Of a stretch of 64,000 nt of DNA, positions 1 to 13,000 are shown piece after piece. Position 1 is the stretch's first letter, and each line of letters opens with the position of its first letter. This stretch comes from Chrysomallon squamiferum (taxonomy: Eukaryota > Animalia > Mollusca): assembly GCA_012295275.1 (NCBI GenBank), contig CM022678.1:19716001-19780000 (forward strand). Reading direction: 5' to 3'. The notes beneath the pieces were generated by a model. The model did not search any database. It was not told where the DNA came from and was given only the letters and a program-made list of their open reading frames with translations. The translations under genes were made by a program, and so were the position numbers.

Positions 1-829
1 CCACTTACAGATCTCCATGGCAACTCATTGTATACTGATGTGTGGAAGAAATTACATAAAAATATAAAAAATAAAAAAAGTAATAAAAAAACCCTAAAAA
101 AACACCCCAAAACATTAAAAAATAAAAATTATAATAAATAAACAAAAGTAAAAAAAAATAAATAAAAAGCTGACTTTTAATTGCTGTTAATCTTCTTTTC
201 AAAATATTACTGGATGCATCAAAGTACCTTTATATCAGCCTATATAAATAATCTTAATCTGACACTGTTTGCCACATGAACATATTACAAAACAACAGTT
301 ACATTTCACACTAGAATAATACTGTGGTTTTTAATGTAAATACATCATTCACTCTACAATCACAACTATAGTAGACCCTGAATTAACAGATTATAAAGAG
401 ACTTACATTGATTCCAGAAACTTGTTAAGATACAAATGCTATAACCTTTTTTTACTTGTAATACAGTAATCATACTATCTACACAAGGCTGTATATATTT
501 TAATATTAAATATAAAAAAAAAAAAAGTATTTTAGTTCATACAAAGTCCATTGTCATAACTGATGGTGTATGCAAAGAATATACTGTCATTTTTTTTAAG
601 TCTGATATTTAACACATGAAGAGAAAAATTTCTGACCAGTCACACATCATGATATATACTGAGTATTTGAGTGTATAGATGTTACTCAATTACACACACA
701 CATGCATGCACATACACAAACAACTTACTGAACAAAGCAGAAATTAGAAGTGACATTCACTTACTCCAAGGAATTCAAAAACACTTGCTTTAGGTGTAAA
801 AACATTTAGTCTAAGCTGTATTGTTATCC

Positions 830-863
<34 letters not shown>

Positions 864-1065
864 TGTTTGTGTTAAATTGAGGTTTACTGTATGTGTCCAA
901 CACTTAACACAATCTGTGTACAAAACAAATCCATGTTCACACATAAATTACATTCACTCATTCACTGCATTCTGTGCTTTTATTTCTTTTATAGAAAAAT
1001 AACTTTAGACACGTTACATAGTAATACAAAATTTTCACACATTTTGTAGTAATTAAGGTTTGTGC

Positions 1066-1836
1066 ACTTTTATCTAGAATCAACCATATTTCCACTTTTA
1101 TCTAGAATCACCCATATTTCCACACTTTTATCTAGAATCACCCGTATATTCCACTTTTATCTAGAATCACCCGTATTTCCACTTTTATCAGAAATCACCC
1201 ATCTTTCCACTTTTATCTAGAATCACCCATATTTCCACTTTTATCTAGAATCACCCATATTTCCACACCTTTATCTAGAATCACCCATAATTTCCACATT
1301 TATCTAGAATCACCCACACTTCCACTTTATCAGAAATCACCCATATTTCCACTTTTATCTAGAATCACCCACACTTCCACTTTATCAAAAATCACCCATA
1401 TTTCCACTTTTATCTAGAATCACCCATATTTCCACTTTGATCTAGCATCACCCATATTTCCACACCTTTATCTAGAATCACCCATATTTCCACTTTGATC
1501 TAGAATCACCCATATTTTCACTCTGATCTAGAATCACCCATATTTCCACACGTTTATCAGAAATCACCCATATTTCCACTTTGATCTAGAATCACCCACA
1601 CTTCCACTTTATCAGAAATCACCCATATTTCCACTTTTATCTAGAATCACCCATCTTTCCACACCTTTTTCTAGAATCACCCATATTTCCACTTTGATCT
1701 AGAATCACCCATATTTTCACTCTGATCTAGAATCACCCATATTTCCACACCTTTATCTAGAATCACCCATATTTCCACTTTTATCTAGAATCACCCATAT
1801 TTCCACATGTTTATCAGAAATCACCCATATTTCCAC
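1066..1836. repeat. Minisatellite, ~28-bp unit TTTTATCTAGAATCACCCATATTTCCAC, ~27 copies
   Basis: Direct inspection. Confidence 0.95.
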
Positions 1837-2949
1837 ACTTGTTTGACTGAATAACTAAAAATAAATAGTGTTACTATTAACAATCTATTGTAGTTCATAA
1901 TTTAATCTTAACTGTGGTCTATGCTACACATCTAACCTGTCACATAACAACAGGTTATACACATTAAAGTGCTAACAATGCAAGAAATGTCCATTTTTTG
2001 CTATCTACAAGATAAATAGGTTAGGATTAACAGCATTTAAATACTCAAAGACATATGTAAACTTAACTTGAGTGTTTCGTAACAGCAGTAAGGTATATGT
2101 GTGTGTGTGTGTGTGTGTGTGTATGCGTATGTGTGTGACTATATGAATAATGAATATTTACAATCAACTGAAATAGAATGATTACACACATAATGCTAAT
2201 TAACAATATTTTAACAATCACTACCAATCGTAACAAATCATTTTACTTTACAGGGGCACACACAACATAATCAGTCAGTAAGATTTGAGCTATTTCGGCG
2301 TAACTTTCCAGCAACTGCGACCATCACTTGGTGTTCAAAACTATCAGCAAGATTTCTGAATAAGTTAATCTTGTTTTTGTAAATTTGACTCAGTGATGAG
2401 ATGCGATCACAAAAGCTATCACTTATTCCTGTAACTATTACTGGTAACTATTACTAGTATTAACAAAAACAGCGAGTTAACGATAACAGCTGTGACTATT
2501 ACCAAGTGTTAAACACTCAAAGACGAGTTATTGGTCTTTAACTATAACTAATATCCAGCAATTAACACTCACTGATTAACTATCCATTCTAACTATCACC
2601 ATGTGCTAAACTATTGCTGATATCCAGTATTTAAAGTATTAATTGACGTATGTCCAACTCTTTGCTTGATGTTGACTTTAAAGCATGAACATTTTTTTTA
2701 TTTTTATTTTTTTTTTTTTTTTTTTTTATTTTACTGCTAAAATGTTAACTAATGTATTTTTTAACTGTTTGATATATAAATTTAAAGAATAATTCTCCAT
2801 GTTTCTTTCTAAGTTATGACTACTAAAATGTTTAATGCAGTTTTTGATAATTTTGTAGGACTTAACTATTAATTTTTTTTATCTAAAGGCCCATCATTTG
2901 TTTTCTGTTTGACTGTTTGCTGTTAATGTTTCCACTGAAGTATTGCACT

Positions 2950-3300
2950 CATCTGGTTGCCAAGGTAACATGTCTACTTTCAGGTAAACATTCAAATGTT
3001 GTCTTTATAAGTCACTCTGGTTGCCATAGTAACAAGTCTACCATCAAATTTCAACGATATATATCTTATTTTTACACCCTACTCTGTTGCCATAGAAACA
3101 AAGTCTACAACATAAATTTCGATGACTGGTGTACATCGAAATACTGTTTTTTTTACAAGTCCCTCTGGTTGCCACAGTCACAGATATAAATTTCAATGAC
3201 AGGTTAAACATCGAAACATTGTTTTTCACAACTTGATCATGGTTGCCATGGTAACTATTCTATGATTTCAATTTCGGTGAGGGGCAAACATCGAAACCGC
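2950..3300. repeat. Degenerate ~65-80-bp tandem repeat spanning the TRAPPC9 stop codon, each unit with an RFX X-box-like palindrome
   Basis: GTTGCCAAGGTAAC 2956, GTTGCCATAGTAAC 3020, GTTGCCATAGAAAC 3086, GTTGCCACAGTCAC 3168, GTTGCCATGGTAAC 3242. Confidence 0.75.
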
Positions 3301-3410
3301 GTCTTGACGAGTTCGTTCTCGTCAAAGAGAGATAACTCTGATTCTATGACAAATGTCCCACTGGTGTGAAAGATAAAGGCACATGAATGATGATAGCTAT
3401 CCTGTGGAGA
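3255..3410 (-). CDS. TRAPPC9: TRAPPC9 exon 23 (terminal, TAG stop)
   Basis: [51 protein letters not shown]. Confidence 0.87.
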   Translation of the reverse strand, partial: SPQDSYHHSCAFIFHTSGTFVIESELSLFDENELVKTRFRCLPLTEIEIIE

Positions 3411-4543
3411 CTGGAAATAAAAAAAATAAAAAATAAAAATAAAATAAAATAAATTAAAATTTAAACTGAATAAAATATATTTAGCAGGCTATTTAACAAA
3501 TATATATATATATATTATTATTATTTTTTTTTTTATTTATTTTTTTTTTTTGTCTGAGCTTCTTAAACTATTTCAGTGTCATTTTCCTCTTAAATTTTCA
3601 TCACTCAATTTCATTCCATTCATTTTTTTTTATCTGAAAAAACATTCTTTCATCCTCAAGTCTTTACCAACTCTTTCCCATAATGAACCAAATTACAAGA
3701 TTATATCAAAATCTGAATGTTAGGGGTGTAAAAATTCTAATTTATTTTTTGTGATTCGACATTTTAACAATTTAACATTTTAATTATTTAATAAATTGTT
3801 ACCTTGTTGAAGTACGTGGCAATTTAACATTTTAATTATTTAATAAATTGTTACCTTGTTGAAATATGTGGTCAGAAGTCCGAGACAGGAAACGCTATCA
3901 GACATCTCTGAAATATCACAACTGTTGGAGGTAACAGGTGCATTCTGGGTAATCATCACAGACAGTCTGCTTGCAGGGGAGTTGCTGGCATCTGGTGATA
4001 ACAAAGTCATGTCTAACAAAAAAGCAGCATTTTGTAACACGTTTTTCAATTTTATTTTAAATTGTTTTAAATTTCTTAAAAAAAATGACGTTTAATTTAT
4101 AAAACTTGTTTTTTTTATTGGATATTTTTGAAGATTATTTCAGAAGAAAATGTTTTTTATAAATATATTTAATTTGATAAATTAATGATTATTTTTTTAA
4201 TTAAAAGAACAAAGAAAAAATGTATACATGTGTACGTCATACATTTTTGTTTATTTCTAAATAACAAAAAGTTTATATTTCTTTTTCTTAAACGTTTAAC
4301 AAAAAATATTATTTTAAGAATATTTTTCTTTCATTTTAAAAACCAAATATTAATTTTTAAAAACGTTTTGTTAATTTAAACAAGACAATTAGTTAATTAT
4401 TCTAATAACGTAATTTAGAAAATAGGTGACTTCACTAACCGGGTGATTTTTTGAAAGTTATGTCAAAGTTGACTAGATCACCAATATGGAATGCTGGGAT
4501 ATCTGGAGGTAGGTACAGTTGTCCATTCAGTCGTACTTCTGTC

Positions 4544-4578
<35 letters not shown>

Positions 4579-6268
4579 TAATGATGACAATATTAATAAT
4601 AATAATAATAATAATGAAAATGATACTAATAATAATATTATTATTATATGAAAAGCATATTCTGCAACTTGACATAATTTAGAAAATGAAATTTCTATGA
4701 CAAACGTCCCACTGGTGTGAAAGAAAAAAGCACATGAATGATGATAGCTATATAAATTATATAAATTTTCAAAAACAAGACAACAAATACTGATGACATC
4801 GATGATATTACATTGATATTTTAAAACAATTTAATTATGAAATCAATCTTTCAAAAAAAATAAAATAAAATAAAACTTAAAAATTACAAGAAACTTCGGA
4901 TTACGTCAAACATTATTAACTAAAATACGTGAAGGATGCTGAATACAAATCGAGGGGGATGAAAACAGTGGACTTACCCCATCTGACAGACGACACCCGA
5001 ATAAGGTCAAGGTGTTCTTTCTTCCACACAACATACTCTGTGCTCACTCTGCCTGTAACCTTCGTGGATGGCTCACAGGAGTCAAGAAAAACAGCAGTTT
5101 TATCTCACTCACACACGCTGTTGTTACATTACTATTATTATAACATAACACACTAAAAATGTTTATCAGCATTTATGTGTATAAACGTAAGAAAATGTAT
5201 TCTGATATAGATTAAAATAATCATTTTATGAATACACTGTATTATTAGATTATTGCCAATATCTCTATTATTACTGTTGTTATTATTATTATCATTATTA
5301 TTATTATTGCTATTATTACTATCATTTTTTATTGTTGTTATTATGATTATTATTATTCTTATTATTAGTTATTATTATAGTTATTATCATAATTACTATC
5401 ATTATTTTTATTATTTATTTATTTATTATTATCATTAATTTTATTATCATCATCATCATCATTTTTATTATTATTATTATTACTATTATTATTATTATTA
5501 TTATTACTACTACTACTACTGCATACTTAACAATAGCTCAGTACTTCAATACACAACACAAAACTTTGCAACAACTAAATCAAATATTTCACTATTTTAC
5601 ACAAGTGTCTACAACAGACAAACAACTAAGTGAAACTTCACACATCTTAGTCTTAATACTTCATCACACAAGCTCTCTTCTGTTTCAGTTTTAAACACAA
5701 CAAATCAAACTAACACACCAGACACATTTAAAAGCGTTTCTACATATACAAACGTTAGAATATGTATTCAGATATAAACAAAAATAACCTTTTCACAAAC
5801 ACACTCTGTTACAAGATTACCAGTACCTGAGATACAACATGACAGACTCTGACATAGAAAAAAGATACTACATGGTCACGCAAGGACAGAAATAAGATAC
5901 ATGATTTCGCAAGGACAGAAATAAGATACATGATTTCGCAAGGACAGAAATAAGATACATGATTTCGCACGGGAATAAGGACAGAAATAAGATACGTGAT
6001 TACACAAGGATAGAAACAAGATACTGCGTGGTTTTGAAAGGATACTATTGACCAGCGAATGTCGACGAGGGAAGCGAGGAACTGACTGCATGGACTGACA
6101 GGTTCTAGCAGGAGGTGTCTGGAGAGGACTGACTGACAGTCCAGTGTGATTTTGTTGTCAGGGATCTCCTCCTGTCTCTCTATCAGCACAGGAATCCTGA
6201 AACATTCGAGTTTTAAAACAAAAACATTAAACACATCCAGAAAAACACAACTACAGAAACAATACCAG

Positions 6269-6323
<55 letters not shown>

Positions 6324-6644
6324 GTTGATGATGATGATGATGATGACAATGATAATAATAATGATGATAAGAGTAGTAATAATAATAATAATAATAAGAA
6401 TAATGAAAATAATGTTAATAATAATAATCTTGTTCTTTGTAATTAGTAAACACTAACAAAACATGTTCAACTTACTATCAAAATAAATTTAAATAGCTCA
6501 CTCTTAAAATATAATTAGTAAAATATAATGAACTAGATGACTAGTATAATACACTAGCTAATACATAATATACAAAACTAGCTGACTAATGAAATACACT
6601 GCTTTTAAAACGTATTCATATAGATCATTATTAAAATATTGTAA

Positions 6645-6727
<83 letters not shown>

Positions 6728-7745
6728 TGAATTCTCACCTTCTTGACTGCTGGGGTTCAATTATTATTTCTTTGTCTTTATCAAACTCTACAACAATTTC
6801 ATGACTAGAGACATTCAGCAGATCAAACACAAGATGACAGTGGTTGACACTAAAACATAAAACAGATAAAAAGTATAAATAGTACACAGTAATCTTTAAA
6901 ACACAGAGTTATATTAAAACTGTAAAAATTCACAGTATAAAAACAGGTGACACTAAAAACAAAACAAATAAATAGTATACATAAATTTTTAAAATACCGA
7001 ATTATATTAAAAATGTAAAATTTCACAGTTTAAAAATAAAACAGATAAATAGTATACAGTAATCTTTAAAACACTGAGTTTTATAATAAGAATGTAAAAA
7101 TTCACAGTATAAAAACAGGTGACAATCATTAATAGTTCTATTATTTTCATTTACTGAGTTTAACATACTAAAAATTAAAACTATATTACTGTGACTCAAA
7201 TTACAAAAAATACAAAAACACAAAACAAAAATAATAATAAATAAATAAAAATAAATAAATAAATGATAAAATAAAGAAAATATCGCAACAGTAGTTTAAA
7301 AATTTGATACATTTTTATGTACATTTCAAAAGTTTTAAACAGTTTACAATCATATTTTTTAATTTAACTTTACTACTGTATCAGTATCTTTTCTCTTCAA
7401 TAATCGTTCTTGAAATATTTAAAAAATAAAACAGTGACTATAAGAAGGGAATTAACTCTAGTTTCCGTGACAACACTCACCTCAGAGCTGGAAGAACGTC
7501 CCAGCGAGTGATGTACAAAGATGGCAAAATGTCGACCATCAGCGCGAGAGAACACTGACGACAGTAACCAGCTTTGAGTCCGTTCCCTCCACTGTACTCC
7601 ACAGTGAGCAGCGCTTCCGTCACCTACAGCAACAACAACAATAACAACAACAACAACAACAATAATAACAATAATAATAACAATAATAACAATAGTAGTA
7701 ATAGTAATAGTAATAATATTAGTAATAATAACAATGATAATAATA

Positions 7746-7777
<32 letters not shown>

Positions 7778-7805
7778 GGTAATAGTAATCATAATAATAA
7801 TAACA

Positions 7806-7849
<44 letters not shown>

Positions 7850-9243
7850 CAAGATAATAATGATGTAAATGGTGTAAGTGTTGAGTCAACTGATTACTAC
7901 TTTGTTGTTTTAACTTTAACCTTCCACCCAAAGCAGCCTTGCTTCCTAGCATCCATTTTTGGTTCTCAATATCGAAGACAGAACTGAGAGAGAGAGAGAG
8001 AGATATCAGAGTGCATGTGTGTACATACATGTTTGATATCTTTGCACCCCTCCAAACACTGTCAGGCCCCCCCCCACTCTCTCTCCAAAAGGTTGCCACC
8101 TGCTGGTTATAAATTGTGATTGAAGTGATGTAGATTAGAGACTGAAGTGAGGTAGATGGTGACTGAAGTGAGGTAGATGGTGATTGAAGTGATGGGTGAT
8201 TGAAGTGATGTAGATGGTGACTGAAGTGAGGTAGATGGTGATTGAAGTGAGGTAGATGGTGATTGAAGTGAGGTAGATGGTGATTGAAGTGTTGTAAATG
8301 ATGATTGCAGTGGTTAAAGAATTTACTTTTCTTTTTCTCAGTGAAACAAATCTTACCTTGTTGTCTAGTACACTTTCTGATCGAGACTTGGAAGAGTGAA
8401 CTGGTGTTGACACATCTGTAAATTACAACAATAACAATAACAATAACAGTAACAATAACAATAACAACAACAACAACAACAATAGCAATAATAATAATAA
8501 AAATAGTGCCTACAGTAATAATAGTAGTACTTGCAGGAGCAGCTGCAGTAGTAGTAGCAATAGTTTCAGTGGTGATAGTAGTGGATGTGATGGAGGTAGT
8601 AGTAATAGTAGTAATGATGGTAGTGGTAGTAGTACTAGTAGTAGTAGAAGAAGTACCAGCAGTTGTAGTATAAGCAACAATAGTACTGGTAGTAGTAGCT
8701 GTAGTGGTGGCAGTAGTAATGGATGTAGTAGTGATAGTCATATTAGTAGTATTTGTAGTAGTTATTGGCTGTGGAAGCTGTAACTAGTGGTAGTGGTGGT
8801 AGTAGTAGTAGTAGTAGTTGAAGCAGTTGTAGCAGTTGTAGTAGTAGCAGTAGTAGTAGTATTAGTGATGGTGATTGTGGTAGCAGTATGACAGATTGTG
8901 ACAAAATTTTAAATTTAATCTACTCTACTTTCATGCACAGAGACAAAATTATAATGTTACCTGTACTGATAGAATTAAAGTGAAGGTAAACTACAGGTGT
9001 GTTTTTACCTGGAGAACAGAGCTCAGGTGAGATGAAGTCACAGAAGCCGTAGATGGCGAGGGTGAAACAGAGCTGACTCGCAGGCTCAATGGGAAGTTGT
9101 GACGTCACGTTTTCTTTACTCCATGTAAACATCTTATTTGTGTAATCTGAGAAATACATACATAAAAATATTACATATACATTTTCACACACATGCACAC
9201 ACACATATACACGTACACTCATATACATAACATACATAAATAC

Positions 9244-9280
<37 letters not shown>

Positions 9281-9353
9281 AAACATACATAAACACACAC
9301 GCACACACACATATACACATACACTCATACACATAACATACACAAATACACAC

Positions 9354-9386
<33 letters not shown>

Positions 9387-9410
9387 AAACATACATAAAC
9401 ACACACACAC

Positions 9411-9441
<31 letters not shown>

Positions 9442-10041
9442 ACATACATAAACACACACACAGACACAAATACATATATATATAAATATTAAATATATAA
9501 ATATTACACATAAAAATGTTTCAGAAGTGTCATTTGTCAAATTAGGTATCCAGTTTATATAATAAATGATGTTAACATTCCATTAGCATAAACTTTTGAA
9601 TTAAATTAAATAAACATGTTTTAAAATCATATAATTATTTGCCAGTATAATCTTTTAAATTAAATACTCAGTTTTTAAACATAGTGTAAACATTTTCAGA
9701 ATATGTCAGTAACTTTCATTCTAATCTGTATAAAAAAAAAAATAAAAAAAAATGTGAAATTAAATAAAGTTATAATTATTTTATTGTGTGGAATTTAAGA
9801 AAGAAATAAATACAGTTATGATAAAAGTTTACCATTTTCTGATTTTCCACTGTTGAGGACTATGTCAAGTCTTTCCACATTAATCTCCCTTACATTCTGT
9901 ATTGTTATTAGACACTCAAGACTGAAACAAGAACATACAAATAAATAAACAAATAATAAACAACTAAATAATGTAAGTAGATAAATAAGAAGTAGCAATA
10001 AATAACACTCACATAAATAAATAAATAAAAAAATAAACAAA

Positions 10042-10077
<36 letters not shown>

Positions 10078-13000
10078 AAACAAATAAATAATGTAAGTAG
10101 ATAAATAAAAAGTAGCAATAAATAACACTCACATAAATAAATCAATACAAATAAATAATATCAATAAAAAAAAAAAAAAATTAATAAATAAATAAGAAAA
10201 TCAATAAATAAATAAAATCAATAAACAAATAAATAATAAATAAATAATAACAATAAAACACACAAATAAATAAATAAATAAAAAATCAATCAATAAATAA
10301 TACCAATAAAAAAAAAATATATAAATCAGTTAATACATAAATAATATAAGAATATAATGACTAATATACAAGCAATATAAAAATTAAATGCAATTAAAAA
10401 TAATATGAACTTCTTTTCATTTTATTATTTTGTTTTTGAGATTTAATATACAACACAGTAATTCTGTGTTTATGATCTGTAATATTAACAACAAGTGATG
10501 CTGATGTCTACATATTTTCTGCTGTTGATGTAGTTGTTGTAACCTCACCTCTGCCCTGCATACAACATTGCCGATGCACTTGAAACGATGTTTGCACAGT
10601 CACCCATGGAAGAAAAATGGACTGATTTGGGAAGGGATGATTCCATTGTGATCTGGGGTAAACTTGGTACGACTTCAACCTCAAGGTGAGACTGGGGTAT
10701 CTGCGGTAAATCTTTCAGCTTACAGTTGCTACGGACACCAAGTACATGAGTGCAGTATCCTAGCAACAGAAAAAAAAAAAAAAAAAAAATGAACATTAGA
10801 AACTATTACACTTAAAGAACAATTTAAAAATGTACACGTAAAGCATGTAAAATGGTTTAAAACTTTATATACATAAACAATTACAAAAATTTAAGGTGAA
10901 CAGACATAAAAAACAAATTAATACTTTTGCATTAATTTAGTTAAAATATTATATAAACTTTCAACAATAAATAATGTTATTTGAAAACAATATCAAAGAG
11001 CTGTCATTTAACATTATTATTAATTTGAGATTATATAAAACAAAACATCAAAGAAATGTAAAGAATGAACAAAAAAATATTTTTAGGTCAACTAGGATAT
11101 AAAGTTAAAACTTAGTATTTTACTTAAGTGTCTATGTCATTTCCTAGGCTACTAAGTCACAGCATAGTTTAGCTATCTAGAATGTTTTCTTAAACTGGAT
11201 TTATATAAGCTACCATTGGTTCCATGTCCAACATACACACACATACACTGATAAATAAACCTTTGACATTCGTTACCAAATTAGATAAACTGAATGTAAA
11301 ATAAGAATATAAATATGCATAAAAAACTTATGAATTTTGAAATCTTTGAGGACTTTTAAGGTTTTAAAAAAAAATTCCCCCAATCTGGAAGTGCCCCATG
11401 AACAAAAAAATACCTGAGAAATCCTGATTTAGTATATTCTATAACAGGAAAATTCATTATTTAGAATACTAAGTCATAGGTCAGTTTGGTTATCTAGTAT
11501 ATTAAGTTACTTAAAAACCTACTAAATCACATCACATGCTGTTCTCAACAGTACTAAGTCATGTGATAGTTAAGTTACTAGTTAAACTAAAGGACTGTTG
11601 GTAGTTTAGTACTAAGTCATGTGATAGTAAAGTTACTAGTTACACTAAAGGACTGTTGGTGGTTTAGTACTAAGTCATGTGATAGTAAAGTTACTAGTTA
11701 CACTAAAAGACTGTTGGTAGTTCAGTACTAAGTCATGTAATAGTAAAGTTACTAGTTACACTAAAAGACTGTTGGTAGTTTAGTACTAAGTCATGTGATA
11801 GTAAAGTTACTAGTTACACTAAAAGACTGTAGGTGGTTCAGTACTAAGTCATGTGATAGTAAAGTTACTAGTTACACTAAAAGACTGTAGGTGGTTCAGT
11901 ACTAAGTCATGTAATAGTAAAGTTTTAGTTGTAAAAGACTGTTGGTAGTTTTTAGTACTAAGTCATGTGATAGTAAAGTTTAGTTACACTAAAAGACTGT
12001 AGGTGGTTCAGTACTAAGTCATGTGATAGTAAAGTTACTAGTTAAACTAACAGACTGTTGCTGGTTCAGTACTAAGTCATGTGATAGTAAAGTTACTAGT
12101 TAAACTAACAGACTGTTGCTGGTTCAGTACTAAGTCATGTGATAGTAAAGTTACTAGTTAAACTAAAGGACCCTGGTTCAGTTAAAATTCAAAAACCTTT
12201 TTTGGGCTGAAGCTAGCAAAACATGGACAAGGGGCTCCTCTGGAAGAGTTGGACTCGCTGGAAACTGATCCATCTCAACACCTTCAATCAGCAGTCCCTG
12301 CAAAACACAAACACCTTTAAACAGAAACCCTGGAAAACATCAAAAACCTTTAAAGAGAAACCCTGGAAAACATCAAAAACCTTTAAAGAGAAACCCCGGA
12401 AAACATCAAAATCCTCTGAATAGAGGTACCTGAAACATATACAAATGACTTTTAAATAAACGTTTCTTAACAATACATTTGTTATTAGCAACAGAAGTTG
12501 TTAAAAATATATATTTTTTAAAACTGTAAATAAAATTACCTGGAAAATACAAACACATTACAAAATTGGTAACATTGGTAATGCATGTAAACATAACAAT
12601 GATTTGTATATTGCTTACAAAATGTGCACATATGAGGTACTGATAACACCGTAAATGAGATATAAATGATGAAGTATTGAAAGGTGTAGGTAACTTACAA
12701 TGTACTGTATTTTCAGTTCTCGTTTCAGTGGGTTGACAACCTGTAGATGAACCTCACAAGTGTCCCCAGCCACCCACAGAAAATCTAAACACAAAAACAC
12801 ATCATTACAGAGTTGTACTTTTATATCACAAACACATCTTTACTTTTATATCACAAACACAGCATTACTTTTATATCACAAACACATCATTACTTTTATA
12901 TCTCAAACACAGCATTCATCATTAATATGTTTATATTGTAAACACAGTATTCATCATTAATATGTTTATATTGTAAACACAGCATTCATCATTAATATGT

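Noticed and set aside
7397-8741. Poly-I/N/T/Y ORFs including the 340-aa ORF at 7719-8741
   Set aside because: Translations of trinucleotide microsatellites; the true TRAPPC9 exons here are in other frames.
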